DNA from: an uncultured Bacteroidota bacterium
Lineage (GTDB): Bacteria; Bacteroidota; Bacteroidia; Cytophagales; Cyclobacteriaceae
Length of the DNA: 64,000 nucleotides
Reading direction: 5' to 3'
Assembly (NCBI GenBank): GCA_963837415.1
Contig: CAWING010000012.1
Location: 532,417 to 596,416 of the forward strand
In this document: piece by piece, positions 11,901-21,990 of the stretch
Layout: each line of letters begins with the position of its first letter
Position numbering within the stretch: the stretch's first letter is position 1
Notes under the pieces: model-generated
The model's database searches: none
Told to the model about the DNA's origin: nothing
Seen by the model: only the letters and a program-made list of their open reading frames with translations
Program-made: the position numbers and the translations under genes

Positions 11901-13997
11901 TTATCCTAGTCTTATAAAAATCCTACTTCCTTTTTCGGCTCGTCTGCCTGGATACAATGATTGTTTTAACACTCTGCCTTTGCCCTCATAGGAAACTCTC
12001 AATCCTGAATTCTCAAGCAAATAGATTGCATCACGAAATGTCATCCCCAGAACATCGGGAACTATATCTTTACCCGTTATACTTTTTTTCCATTTCACAC
12101 CGCCACCTCCAACATGCGAAGATCGAACCCATTCTTCTTCTGTCTGGGAATGATTTGATATACCCAGCTCGTTACATACCATGGTCAGTTCGTGCTGATT
12201 ACCCGCGCGAATGACAGGGAAGACACCCTGCACAGCAAATTTTTTAACATCCATGGGCTGATGAAGATTAATGTCGCGGGCATATATATTATCAGCCATC
12301 TCTTTAAAGACTGGCGCAGCAACACTACTGCCATATTGGTACCATCCGCGTGGATTTTTAATGAGCACGATAGCGCTATACTTAGGGTCATGAGCCGGAA
12401 AATATCCCACAAAAGATGTGATATACTTTTTTGTATATCGTCCCTTATCCAAAATTTGAGCGGTACCTGTTTTTCCAGCAATTCGATAATGTGTACCCTT
12501 GATATTCTTTGCGGTTCCATTTTCAACTACACCCTCCAATAGTAACTTAAGCTTTTCAAGGGTTTTAGTGGAGCAGATTTTTTTATTGATTACCTCCGTT
12601 GTAAAAATATCTTCTTCCTCATCAGCGCGTTTTACCGATCTGAACAAATACAGGTTTGATCATTTCACCATCATTGGCAACCGCATTATACAACGCCAAT
12701 GTATGCAATGGAGTAATTTCGAAACCGTAACCATAAGCCATCCATGGCAGACTGATACCGCTCCATCCCTTTTGACCTGGTCGTTTGATTTTTGGAATAG
12801 GCTCGCCAACAATCTGAAGCCCTAACGGTTGGGATAACTTTAATCGATCGATATAATCAACAAACTTCTGAGGCCGCAAGCCGAAATGTTTATCGACCAG
12901 CTTCGCCATGGCCACATTTGATGAACGCTCAAAAGCTTCTTGAACCGATAACACTCCCATACCCACCTTCCTCATGATCGCGTACCGTTTTATTATAGAA
13001 ATCAAATTCACCATTTCCAGTATCGATGCTATCGCTTAGTTCTACCGGGCTATCTTCCAGTAGGGCAATCATCGTAACTAGTTTAAATGTTGACCCTGGC
13101 TCAAATAACTGTCCAGCCGCAAAATTGAATTTCTCATGAAAATTACCATGACCGTCAGAGCTCAAATTTGAAATGGCTTTGATGGCACCTGTCTTGACTT
13201 CCATCACGGCAATAAGTCCGTCCTCAGCATCGTGTTGCGTCATCGCTTTATACAAAGCAGTTTCTGCGACATCCTGAAGGTTAATATCCAATGTGGTTTG
13301 AACATCAAGACCATTAACAGCCTTGACATTGTTTGCATCAAATATGGGTTTCCAAACGCCGCCAGAAATTTTCTGATAATAAGCGTACCCGTCTTGCCCG
13401 CCTAGCTGCTTATTGAAACTGTACTCAAGTCCAACACCTTTTTCATTCTCGTTTACAAATCCGATTGTTCTGCGACTTAAGTTGGAAAACGGGCGATAGC
13501 GCACATCTACCTTTTCAAATATCGATCCGCCACGGAACCTGCCTTCACGGAAAATCGGCCAAGTCATCATTATCTTTTTATCCTGATAATCAATTTGCTT
13601 GCGATTAAGAATGATATATTGTTTACCAGCACTCCGCGCATCAAGGAGGATTCGTTTATAGTCGGTTTTCGATTTGTCTTTAAAAAATTTTGACAGGTTA
13701 AGCGCGAGGGAATCCACACCCTGTTTAAAGATATCGTCTTTGGGAAGTGTAGCATCAAAAGCTACTTTATAAAAAGGCAACGAAGTAGCTAGCAGGCTTC
13801 CATTGTCAGAATAAATATTACCTCGCGTCGCTTTTACTCGTTTTGTAGTCAAACGAAATACGTTCGCCCATTGCTGCCCATTTATCTCCCTCAACAAATT
13901 GAATATGCGCTATCTTAACAACTATTGCGACAGCAAAAAGAACCGCAAACAAAAATGCGACCCGAACTCTGAGTAATATGGATTTTTTAATATTCAC
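11901..13997 (-). CDS. ftsI: Penicillin-binding protein 3 / FtsI with C-terminal PASTA domain, split by about 3 frameshifts
   Basis: RGNIYS, EPGSTFK (SxxK), SSN (SxN), KTG motifs; PASTA-like VPDVLGM; GTG start overlaps the ftsL stop. Confidence 0.9.
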
Positions 13998-14375
13998 CTT
14001 CCTTCTACTTCTATTTTATAAGGGGGGGTTAAACTTTCTTTCAATTCAAGGGCTTTTACTTTTTTTGCTACCTCAGACTGTTTGCTTGCAAACATGAGAT
14101 CTGATTTTAACGTGGTATAGTCAGCTCGAAGGTCTTCCACTTCAGCCTGGATGCTATTGATCTTGCGCACGGTCTTTTCGCCGTAGTGTGTATTGCTGAT
14201 GTATATTAATCCCACCACCATAACAAAGAGAATTTTAGGCAGATACTTCACCGGGAAACCTTCTTCAAAATAATTTTCAAGCTTCAATCTTTTCTCAATG
14301 CCTGAAAAAATGGCTGCGGGTAAAGCCTTTGCTATTTTTGGTTTTCGTTTTGAGTTTAAACTTGTTCTCTGTCAT
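13994..14375 (-). CDS. ftsL: FtsL-like cell division protein, one frameshift near the 5' end
   Basis: TM plus coiled coil (YISNTH...VEDLRADY...SKQSEV); between rsmH and ftsI; ATG at 14375. Confidence 0.8.
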
Positions 14376-14381
14376 GACTTG

Positions 14382-14470
14382 TATCAGTTATCCGTTATCG
14401 TTATCAGTTATCCGTTATCGTTATCCGTTCATTTGTATTTGTATTACCATTAACGGATAACTGATAACGG
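14382..14470. repeat. Heptamer-periodic inverted repeat, GTTATC family
   Basis: CGTTATCAGTTATCCGTTA (14399-14417) is the perfect reverse complement of 14451-14469; 20-bp tandem duplication at 14382-14421. Confidence 0.9.
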
Positions 14471-15402
14471 CTATATCTTGTCCGCTATGCGCAACTTGGC
14501 GCTTCGCGCTCTGGTATTTTTTGCTATCTCCTCTTCTGTCGCTTCTATCGGTTTTCGATTCACAGCTTTAAAAGGTTTGATCTCATTACCAAAAAAATCT
14601 TTCTCTACTTCGCCAAATACTTTGCCTTTGTTGATGTAGTTCTTTACCATTCTATCTTCAAGCGAATGGTACGACATCACCACCAACCTTCCGTCTCTCA
14701 TAATACACTTCGCCACATTGGTGCAAAAAATCTTCAAGAGCTTTCATTTCTTCATTGACTTCTATGCGAAGCGCTTGAAACACCTGGGCGAAATATTTAT
14801 TCTCCTTACCTCTGGGAGCGATAGGTTGAAGCGTTGCTTTTAATCCTCTGTTCTCGCAAAAGTTTTTACCTTTCTTTGTTGAGTCATCAATCTGGCAGCA
14901 GTTTTTGCATTCTTCAATTCACCATACATGCCAAAGATTTTATGGAGTTGCTCTTCACTGTATTCATTCAATATCCTAGCTGCCGTAAGCGGTATCGTCT
15001 TTATCCATGCGCATATCCAACGGGCCATCAAATCGCGTGGAGAAACCACGTTCCGGAGAATCAATCTGGTGCGATGAAATACCTAGATCCGCTAGAATGC
15101 CGTTAACCTCAGTAATACCATGCAACTTCAAGTACCGTTTCATGTACATGAAATTGGTCTGACAAAATGTAAAAGAACGATTCTTGATTTTTTCTGCTTC
15201 CCTCTTAGCATCCTCATCCTGATCGAAAGCCAGCAGTCGTCCGTCTTTCAGGTTCTCAAGAATTTTTAAACTATGCCCTCCTCCTCCAAACGTTGCATCC
15301 ACATAAGTACCTCCCGGCCTGAATCTCTAACGCTTCAATACATTCGTTCAGCATCACAGGCTGATGATAGTTTCGAGATTCGAGCTCGGAGCTTTGAGTC
15401 AC
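14471..15402 (-). CDS. rsmH: 16S rRNA (cytosine1402-N4)-methyltransferase RsmH, split by frameshifts
   Basis: YHQPVMLNE, DATFGGGGHS, DLGISSHQ, PLDMRM, FQALRIEVN, SYHSLEDR, RARSAKLR; candidate GTG start at 15402. Confidence 0.9.
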
Positions 15403-15799
15403 GATTTTTCAACAGCTTTGATGAAACTTTGTAACATCTTTTGCTCTTCGTCAATGTGTTTTAGAAGTGTTCCAATTAAATCCGAATTACCAAACCTTAA
15501 TAATTCAATAATTAAAACCTGAGTCTCCAATTCATGTGTCGATCAAAGTGAGGTTTCGAGATAATTTTTATAATCCTTCCTACTAGTCTTAGCACTGCCT
15601 TCTGCAATATTTGACGGTATCGAAACTGCACATCTTGTTATTTGACTTCGCAACCCATATTTTTCTTCATCAGGAAGCTGTTTTGCTAATTTGTACGCCG
15701 CCACTACGATTTCTATTCCCTTTTGCCATACTTTCAATTTTTTATAATTTTTCATACATAGTTATCAACTCATAGCTCACAACTCATAACTCGTAACTT
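15368..15799 (-). mobile_element. Putative cassette: four-helix-bundle gene enclosed by inverted 5 x 7-bp GAGNT repeat arms
   Basis: Left arm TAGTTTC GAGATTC GAGCTCG GAGCTTT GAGTCAC (15368-15402); right arm TCAACTC ATAGCTC ACAACTC ATAACTC GTAACTT (15765-15799); interrupts the normally adjacent mraZ-rsmH pair. Mobility is inferred. Confidence 0.6.
15399..15755 (-). CDS. Four helix bundle protein (TIGR02436 / 23S rRNA-IVS protein family), 118 codons with an in-frame TGA at codon 71
   Basis: KLKVWQK...LPDEEKYGLRSQITRCAVSIPSNIAEG, then SL*STHELETQ...EEQKMLQSFIKAVEKS in the same frame; the TGA sits where the family has Gly (GS..E.ETQ). Confidence 0.88.
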
Positions 15800-15801
15800 A
15801 A

Positions 15802-16245
15802 TTATTCATTAAGGTGCTTTTCTGCCAGTTTTGAAAACTCACGTTGGTCCGTAATCAAGTGCTTCTCATACACAGTAGGATTCCAGACAACTACTTTGTT
15901 ACCCATACCGATCAATACCACATCTTTCTCAAGCTGAGCATAGGCGAGCATATTTTTCTGAATTAGAAATCGGCCATTTAAATCCAACTCAACGGAAGCA
16001 ACACTGGAAAAAAAGTTAAGCTGCAGCTGACGATACTCTTCATTAAACTCACTAAGACCAGAAACTTTTGAGAGTACTTTTTTGAACTCCAGTTGCGGAT
16101 AAATAATAAGGCATGGTTCAAACCCTCTTCGGATGATAAGCTCGTTGTTTCCCTCTTCAGGCAACTGGCTTTTAATCCGCGCAGGAAGAACGAGCCTTCC
16201 TTTAGGATCTAATTTGCTCTCATATTTTCCGGTGAAAAAGGTCAT
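15802..16245 (-). CDS. mraZ: Division/cell wall cluster transcriptional repressor MraZ
   Basis: Two DxxGR repeats (DPKGR, DLNGR); first gene of the dcw cluster. Confidence 0.95.
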   Translation of the reverse strand: MTFFTGKYESKLDPKGRLVLPARIKSQLPEEGNNELIIRRGFEPCLIIYPQLEFKKVLSKVSGLSEFNEEYRQLQLNFFSSVASVELDLNGRFLIQKNMLAYAQLEKDVVLIGMGNKVVVWNPTVYEKHLITDQREFSKLAEKHLNE

Positions 16246-16276
16246 AGACGTAGTGGTTGTCTCTAACTCGTAAAAG

Positions 16277-16350
16277 CAAACTTATATAATTTTGAACCAC
16301 TTTCAACCACTTTCATCCACTTTTTTACATTTTATCCCCATTATTTACCA
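16277..16350 (-). promoter_or_regulatory. dcw promoter with 10-bp-spaced GTGG MraZ boxes
   Basis: -7 element TAAGTTTG (16277-16284), TTG 19 nt upstream; GTGGATGAAA GTGGTTGAAA GTGGTTCAAA repeats at 16291-16320 plus degenerate units to 16350. Confidence 0.75.
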
Positions 16351-16510
16351 AAACATGAGTTAAAATGCTTTCACGGTCGACATAACTTTCAAATAGTCAG
16401 TTGACAGAAGAGCCAGGTGGTTCGAAGGTGCCCGAAGAAAAAGTTCGAAGATGTGACCTTCCTTGAGCCTACGGATTCTAGAGATAAATCATTGTCCAAC
16501 CTAAATCCTA

Positions 16511-17302
16511 ATGCTTATGAAAACTGAAATTGGAGTCTCCGACACATGGGACGATCTTGTGTTTGAAAACAAAAACAAAGAGTACGGAGCTTATCGTGTA
16601 AGAAAATCTTACTCGCAAAATATGATCAACGGGGTTGGACTCAGTGTTGCAGCAGCATGCTTGTTGATTGTTCTTCCTAACTTTTTATCACAAACAGAGA
16701 CTAAGGAAGCCGGTCCGCTTTCCAAACTTTTGCCTGAACTTCCTGTTGTCGAATTTTCTCAACCTCCCTCACTTGAAGTCCCACCTCCTGCGCAGCCGGT
16801 AACGCCTCCCCTGGCCGTAAACGCCAACCTAGCTCCCCAAGTAACAACTGAAACAGTTGAAACAGAACTTCCAACAAATGACGCGATAAATGCCTCCATG
16901 GTGGAACCAGGAATTGGCGATGGAATTTTACCTAACACACCCGGACCGGATATTTTATCCCAGCCCGTAATTGTCGAAACTGGAATTGTAGATTTTGCTG
17001 AGGTAATGCCTCAGTATGAAGGAGGACTGAAGGAGATGATGAAATTTCTTCAAAGAAAAATTAATTATCCTTTGAGGGCAATCCGTATGGAAACAGAGGG
17101 TACCGTGTTTGTGGCTTTTGTTGTAGACAAAGATGGAAAAGTTACAGACGTCAATGTTGTGAGAGGTATCAGTCCTGAATGCGACAAAGAAGCTGCCCGT
17201 GTGATCTCGTTAATGAAGTCGTGGACGCCTGGCATGCAGAATCATAGAGCTGTATCCGTGAGAATGACATTACCAATTAAGTTTCAACTCAAACAAGAGT
17301 AG
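16511..17302 (+). CDS. tonB: Energy transducer TonB
   Basis: DDLVFENKNKEYGAY N-terminus, TM, Pro-rich linker, TonB_C (YP..A...EGTVFVAFVVDKDG). Confidence 0.9.
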   Translation: MLMKTEIGVSDTWDDLVFENKNKEYGAYRVRKSYSQNMINGVGLSVAAACLLIVLPNFLSQTETKEAGPLSKLLPELPVVEFSQPPSLEVPPPAQPVTPPLAVNANLAPQVTTETVETELPTNDAINASMVEPGIGDGILPNTPGPDILSQPVIVETGIVDFAEVMPQYEGGLKEMMKFLQRKINYPLRAIRMETEGTVFVAFVVDKDGKVTDVNVVRGISPECDKEAARVISLMKSWTPGMQNHRAVSVRMTLPIKFQLKQE

Positions 17303-17356
17303 AGAAATTCAACTCAATCGCCACTGTGTTTCAGTGGTGATTCTTTTAAGTTACAC

Positions 17357-18493
17357 TTATTCTAAAGCTCTGAAATATTCTTCAGTATGCTCGCCCAGAT
17401 GTGGCGGCTTCAAAAGTGGTTTTGATTTTCCCGTAGGGGTGAGCCAACTAGTCGCTTTCGCTGCAAAATTTAGTATGCCCCTTATTCCTTCACTTTCAAT
17501 TATCAACTCCCTAGCCTCAGGCATCTCAAATACTTGCTGAACATTTTGAATTAGACCCGCTGGAACCTTTGCACGATGAATTTCCGCCAACAATTCATCC
17601 GACAAATATTGTCCGATGCGCGATTGTAATACTGAGTTAAGCTCAAGTCTCATCTCAACGCGTGATGCATTGGTCCTAAATTTCTCGTCCGTTCCCAGAG
17701 ACCCGATTTCAAGCAACGAGCATAAATCCTGGAACTGCCTGTCGCTGCCTATAGCCAACAATACTTCTTTTTTATCTTTGGTCTGAAAAACGTCACCATA
17801 TGGCGCTATGTTCGGATGCGAAGAACCTTGCTTCGTCGGAAGTTTATCGGCGACCAGCCAATTCGTAGCCTGATTTGCCAGGGAAGAGACGGCAGCCTGA
17901 ATTAGAGACACCTCAACGCAATCGCCTTTACCGGTTCGTTCCCGCTTCCATAACGCCAATAGAATTGCCTCTTTTAAATGATGACCTGCAAGTATATCCA
18001 TCAAAGCAACTGGCATTTTCAATGATTGGCCTCCAGGTTCCCCGTTCATTGAAATAAATCCAGCTTCAGCTTGTATGATGGCATCGTAGCCAACGCGAGG
18101 GTTATCGTTTCCATATCCGGTAATTTGGCCATAGATCAATTTTGGATTCAGAGTTGACAATGTTTCATAATCAACGCCAAGTTTCTCCGCATCGCCTGGC
18201 TTGTAGCTCGCAATAACAATGTCAGCTTTTCGAGCTAATGCGTGAACAATCTTTCGTTCATTCTCAAGATTAAGATCCAGCGCAACGGATTTCTTGCCCC
18301 AATTCACGGAGCAGAAATACGCAGAGCGATCATCGGTTTGCTCACCGGCCGCTTTCCAACTCCTGGTCACATCGCCTCCAGTAAGAGCATTCTCTATTTT
18401 TATTACTTCTGCCCCAAGTTCAGCAAAAAATTGACCTACACTTGGTCCTGCCAATACCGACGCCAGCTCCAATACTTTTAACTCGTCAAACAT
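17357..18493 (-). CDS. CaiB/BaiF family III CoA transferase
   Basis: VLELASVLAGP, LGAEVIKIE, NWGKKS, GYDAIIQA, PPHLGEHT. Confidence 0.92.
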   Translation of the reverse strand: MFDELKVLELASVLAGPSVGQFFAELGAEVIKIENALTGGDVTRSWKAAGEQTDDRSAYFCSVNWGKKSVALDLNLENERKIVHALARKADIVIASYKPGDAEKLGVDYETLSTLNPKLIYGQITGYGNDNPRVGYDAIIQAEAGFISMNGEPGGQSLKMPVALMDILAGHHLKEAILLALWKRERTGKGDCVEVSLIQAAVSSLANQATNWLVADKLPTKQGSSHPNIAPYGDVFQTKDKKEVLLAIGSDRQFQDLCSLLEIGSLGTDEKFRTNASRVEMRLELNSVLQSRIGQYLSDELLAEIHRAKVPAGLIQNVQQVFEMPEARELIIESEGIRGILNFAAKATSWLTPTGKSKPLLKPPHLGEHTEEYFRALE

Positions 18494-18683
18494 GACAGGA
18501 AGAATACTGATTTAATATCAAAATTCAAATTGATCTCTGAATGTCTTATACTGACCATAAACCTTAACCGTAAACGGTTGCAATAGGTGGGCCCAGCCCT
18601 TTAATGAATGTTCCGGAGTCATTCTCCTGAATTGTAAATGATTTCCCGCATTTTTGTGTTCTGTCGTTCAGAAAAACTTCAAT

Positions 18684-19922
18684 ATGAGACAAGCTTGCAT
18701 TGCCATCTTTTTTTGCATCCTACTAGCAGGCTGTTTTTTTGAAAAGGAAACTTCCGCGGATCTCAAACCCGGTATATGGCGTGCGACTGTAGAAATTCAA
18801 GGCAGGGAATTGCCTTTTAATTTTGAAGTTAAAAAAGTCAATTCAAAAGACATCAACATCTATTTGAGAAATGCGGATGAACGATTATTGCTGGACGAAG
18901 TAACAATTACAGGCGATTCCATTGACATTGTACTGCACGTGTTTGACGCGAATTTTAAAGCACGAATTAAAGGTGATACGCTGGAAGGACTTTTCATTAA
19001 AAACTATGCAACGGATTACAGGCTTCCATTTCGGGCGGTATACGGTCAAGCCTATCGTTTTGTAAAAAGTGCAAACCAGCTTGAGGTGCCCGACTTCAGC
19101 GGTAAATATGAAGTGAAATTTATCCATGAAGGAGACACTACACCTGCCGTTGCAATTTTTCATCAAGAGGGTGATAGCGTTACGGGCACCTTTCTGACAC
19201 CTATTGGCGATCATAGATATTTACAAGGAAATGTCGCTAATAGTACCTTGCAACTGAGCACATTTGATGGCAATTATGCTTACTTGTTTACGGCTACCAA
19301 ACTACTAGACGGAACTCTTTCAGGAAAATATTATTCAGGTAAAACCCTGATGCAATCGTGGATCGCAAGCAAAAATGATAATCCGACAATGCCCGACGCT
19401 GAAAAACTTACCTATCTTAAACCAGGATATGATCGGGTTTCTTTTAGCTTTCCCGATGTAAATGGAAATAAGATCAGCCTTACCGACGATAAGTACAAAA
19501 ATAAAGTGGTGGTACTCCAACTTACGGGAACGTGGTGCCCCAACTGCATGGATGAAACAAACTTCTTAGTACCTTGGTATAGGGAAAATAAAGATAGAGG
19601 TGTTGAAATTATTGGCCTGGCATACGAGCGCAAAGATGATTTTACCTATGCCAGTACCCAAGTTAAAAAAATGATTGATAAAATCGAAATCCCTTATGAT
19701 GTTGTGATCGCCGGTACGAATGTAAAAGCATCTGAAACTTTACCTATGCTAAATAAGGTGATGGCTTTTCCAACATCAATTTTTATCGGCAAAGATGGAA
19801 AAGTAAAAAAGATACATACTGGTTTTTCAGGGCCAAGCACTGGCGAGTACTACGAACAATTCAAACAGGAGTTTAACGAAACTATAAATGAACTTTTAGC
19901 TGAGAAGGTAGCGTTAAACTAG
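18684..19922 (+). CDS. TlpA-family disulfide reductase lipoprotein (thioredoxin-like)
   Basis: Lipobox LAGC after ATG 18684; WCPNC motif; AFPT cis-Pro loop. Confidence 0.85.
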   Translation: MRQACIAIFFCILLAGCFFEKETSADLKPGIWRATVEIQGRELPFNFEVKKVNSKDINIYLRNADERLLLDEVTITGDSIDIVLHVFDANFKARIKGDTLEGLFIKNYATDYRLPFRAVYGQAYRFVKSANQLEVPDFSGKYEVKFIHEGDTTPAVAIFHQEGDSVTGTFLTPIGDHRYLQGNVANSTLQLSTFDGNYAYLFTATKLLDGTLSGKYYSGKTLMQSWIASKNDNPTMPDAEKLTYLKPGYDRVSFSFPDVNGNKISLTDDKYKNKVVVLQLTGTWCPNCMDETNFLVPWYRENKDRGVEIIGLAYERKDDFTYASTQVKKMIDKIEIPYDVVIAGTNVKASETLPMLNKVMAFPTSIFIGKDGKVKKIHTGFSGPSTGEYYEQFKQEFNETINELLAEKVALN

Positions 19923-19956
19923 ATTGTGTATCTGATTAATCCATCGCATTTAAATC

Positions 19957-21189
19957 ATGGAGCCTCAAAATCAAGCGGCCGTAGGTAAAAATGAAGAACC
20001 TGTGTCAAAGGTAAAAGGGAAACGCGTGGTGGTAGGTTTATCCGGAGGCGTCGATTCCAGTGTAGCTGCTTATCTCTTAAAAAAGGAGGGTTATGAGGTT
20101 ATCGGTATGTTCATGAAGAACTGGCACGATGACTCGGTGACAATTAGCAAAGAATGTCCCTGGCTTGATGATAGCAACGATGCCATGATCGTGGCGCAAC
20201 ATTTGGGAATACCCTTTCAAGCGATCGACCTAAGCAAAGAGTACAAAGAACGAATTGTAGACTACATGTTTGCTGAATATCAACAAGGTCGAACTCCAAA
20301 TCCTGATATACTTTGCAACCGGGAAATCAAGTTTGATATTTTTCTGAACACAGCAATAAAGATCGGCGCCGACTATGTTGCTACCGGCCATTATACGCGC
20401 AAAGCGGAAATAGAAAAAGATGGAAAGATAATTTATCGATTGCTCAGCGGAAAAGATGCTAACAAAGACCAGAGTTATTTTTTATGTCAGCTTACACAAA
20501 GTCAGTTGTCAAAATCTATATTTCCCATCGGCGAATTGCTGAAGCCTGAGGTTAGGGAAATCGCCAGGCAACAAAATTTGGTCACCGCGGATAAAAAAGA
20601 TTCACAAGGGTTATGTTTTGTAGGCAAAGTACATTTGCCCGATTTTTTGCAACAACGCCTCGAAACTAAAAAAGGGAAAGTGATCGAGATCCCATTTGAT
20701 TCCCCAATTTTCAAAAATGGTTTCGATTCAACAGATCTGAAAAATATTTCTTCACGTTATGATCTGGCACCGGAACAAGGGGAAATAATTGGTGAGCACA
20801 AAGGCGCCCACTATTATACCATCGGACAACGCAAAGGGTTAAACCTCGGTGGGAATGAGAAACCTCTATTTATCATTGGTACTGATACGAAAGAAAATAT
20901 TATTTACACCGGAATGGGCGACGATCATCCGGGTTTATATCGCAAGGGATTGTTTATCCCTAAAGGTGATGAGCATTGGATCCGCGAAGATTTGAAATTA
21001 ACAGTAGGTGAATCAAAAAAATACTCAGCGCGCGTACGCTATCGCCAACGTCTTGTGACTTGCTTATTGAGTCAACGTTCAGAAGGGCTTTACATTATTT
21101 TTGACACGCCGCAGAAAAGTATAACCCCTGGTCAGTTTGCTGCTTGGTATGATGGGGAAGAATTAATTGGATCTGGAGTCATCAGCTGA
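19957..21189 (+). CDS. mnmA: tRNA 2-thiouridine(34) synthase MnmA
   Basis: [38 protein letters not shown]. Confidence 0.97.
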   Translation: MEPQNQAAVGKNEEPVSKVKGKRVVVGLSGGVDSSVAAYLLKKEGYEVIGMFMKNWHDDSVTISKECPWLDDSNDAMIVAQHLGIPFQAIDLSKEYKERIVDYMFAEYQQGRTPNPDILCNREIKFDIFLNTAIKIGADYVATGHYTRKAEIEKDGKIIYRLLSGKDANKDQSYFLCQLTQSQLSKSIFPIGELLKPEVREIARQQNLVTADKKDSQGLCFVGKVHLPDFLQQRLETKKGKVIEIPFDSPIFKNGFDSTDLKNISSRYDLAPEQGEIIGEHKGAHYYTIGQRKGLNLGGNEKPLFIIGTDTKENIIYTGMGDDHPGLYRKGLFIPKGDEHWIREDLKLTVGESKKYSARVRYRQRLVTCLLSQRSEGLYIIFDTPQKSITPGQFAAWYDGEELIGSGVIS

Positions 21190-21201
21190 ATTCGTTAGAA
21201 A

Positions 21202-21762
21202 TTATTCATCAAATCCACTAACTCCACCGGAGACAATATATTTCATCGCCGCGGGACCCGAAACGTCTAAAGGAGTAATGCGATCCCTGGGAATAATATA
21301 ATGCAATCCAGAAAAAGCATAGGAATGAGGTAAGTATACGGATACCATATCTTTCAATCCAAGTTCCGAGAGATCATCTTGTGTTATGAAACCAATCTGG
21401 TATAATTTATTTTCTTTATTAACTTCTACTAGCACCGGTTTATTAAATTTTTTCTTTTCTCCAACAAAAGCATTCAGCAAATCTTTTAAGGAAGAATAAA
21501 TTAGTTTCACAAAAGGTATTTTATTCATGCCTCGGTCAAACCAGTTCGAAAAGGTTTGAAAAGCGAAGTTGGTTGTCAGGTATCCAAATCCTGTAATGGC
21601 AAAAAGTATGATAGCAAATCCCAATCCCGTATAGGGAAGATTCAGAAGCTTGTCCAGCCAGCTGAAAGATACGTAGATGAAATAAGCGGTGGCTACCAAA
21701 GGAACGATAAAAAGAGTTCCACTAAAAAAATAACGAATGATTCGTTTTAATGTGCTGTCCAT
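21202..21762 (-). CDS. DUF502 family membrane protein
   Basis: Probable start MDSTLK at 21762; two TMs, IPFVKLIYSS, VYLPHSYAFSG, IVSGG. Confidence 0.8.
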   Translation of the reverse strand: MDSTLKRIIRYFFSGTLFIVPLVATAYFIYVSFSWLDKLLNLPYTGLGFAIILFAITGFGYLTTNFAFQTFSNWFDRGMNKIPFVKLIYSSLKDLLNAFVGEKKKFNKPVLVEVNKENKLYQIGFITQDDLSELGLKDMVSVYLPHSYAFSGLHYIIPRDRITPLDVSGPAAMKYIVSGGVSGFDE

Positions 21763-21990
21763 AACTTTAATTAAAATTACTTTCCTTTTGGGTATTTTCG
21801 TTCTTTTTTTCCTTTTTATGATGAGAAAAAGCCGAGAATGTAAACTCGTTAATACAGTAATATCTAATCCGAGAAGTGTTTTTGGATATTCTTCAAGTTC
21901 GCTCGAGATGAAACAACGGAAAGGCAAGCAATTGATGTCAATTCAAAAAACCAAATACATGTCGTAAATACAAATTTGGCTCCTATTAAC

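Noticed and set aside
4003-15402. Pseudogenisation or programmed frameshifting of the dcw cluster
   Set aside because: No accumulated nonsense codons or motif decay, and no consistent slippery sites; sequencing error is far more likely.
15543-15545. Alternative genetic code (TGA=Gly or Trp) or selenocysteine
   Set aside because: TGA is used as a normal stop in recA, ettA, lon and other genes; the position is Gly in the family, not Cys.
15399-15755. Diversity-generating retroelement (Avd-like protein)
   Set aside because: No reverse transcriptase and no template/variable repeat pair in the window.
311-16245. Absence of murF and ddl from the dcw cluster; long acidic FtsZ tail
   Set aside because: Both are usual for Bacteroidota.
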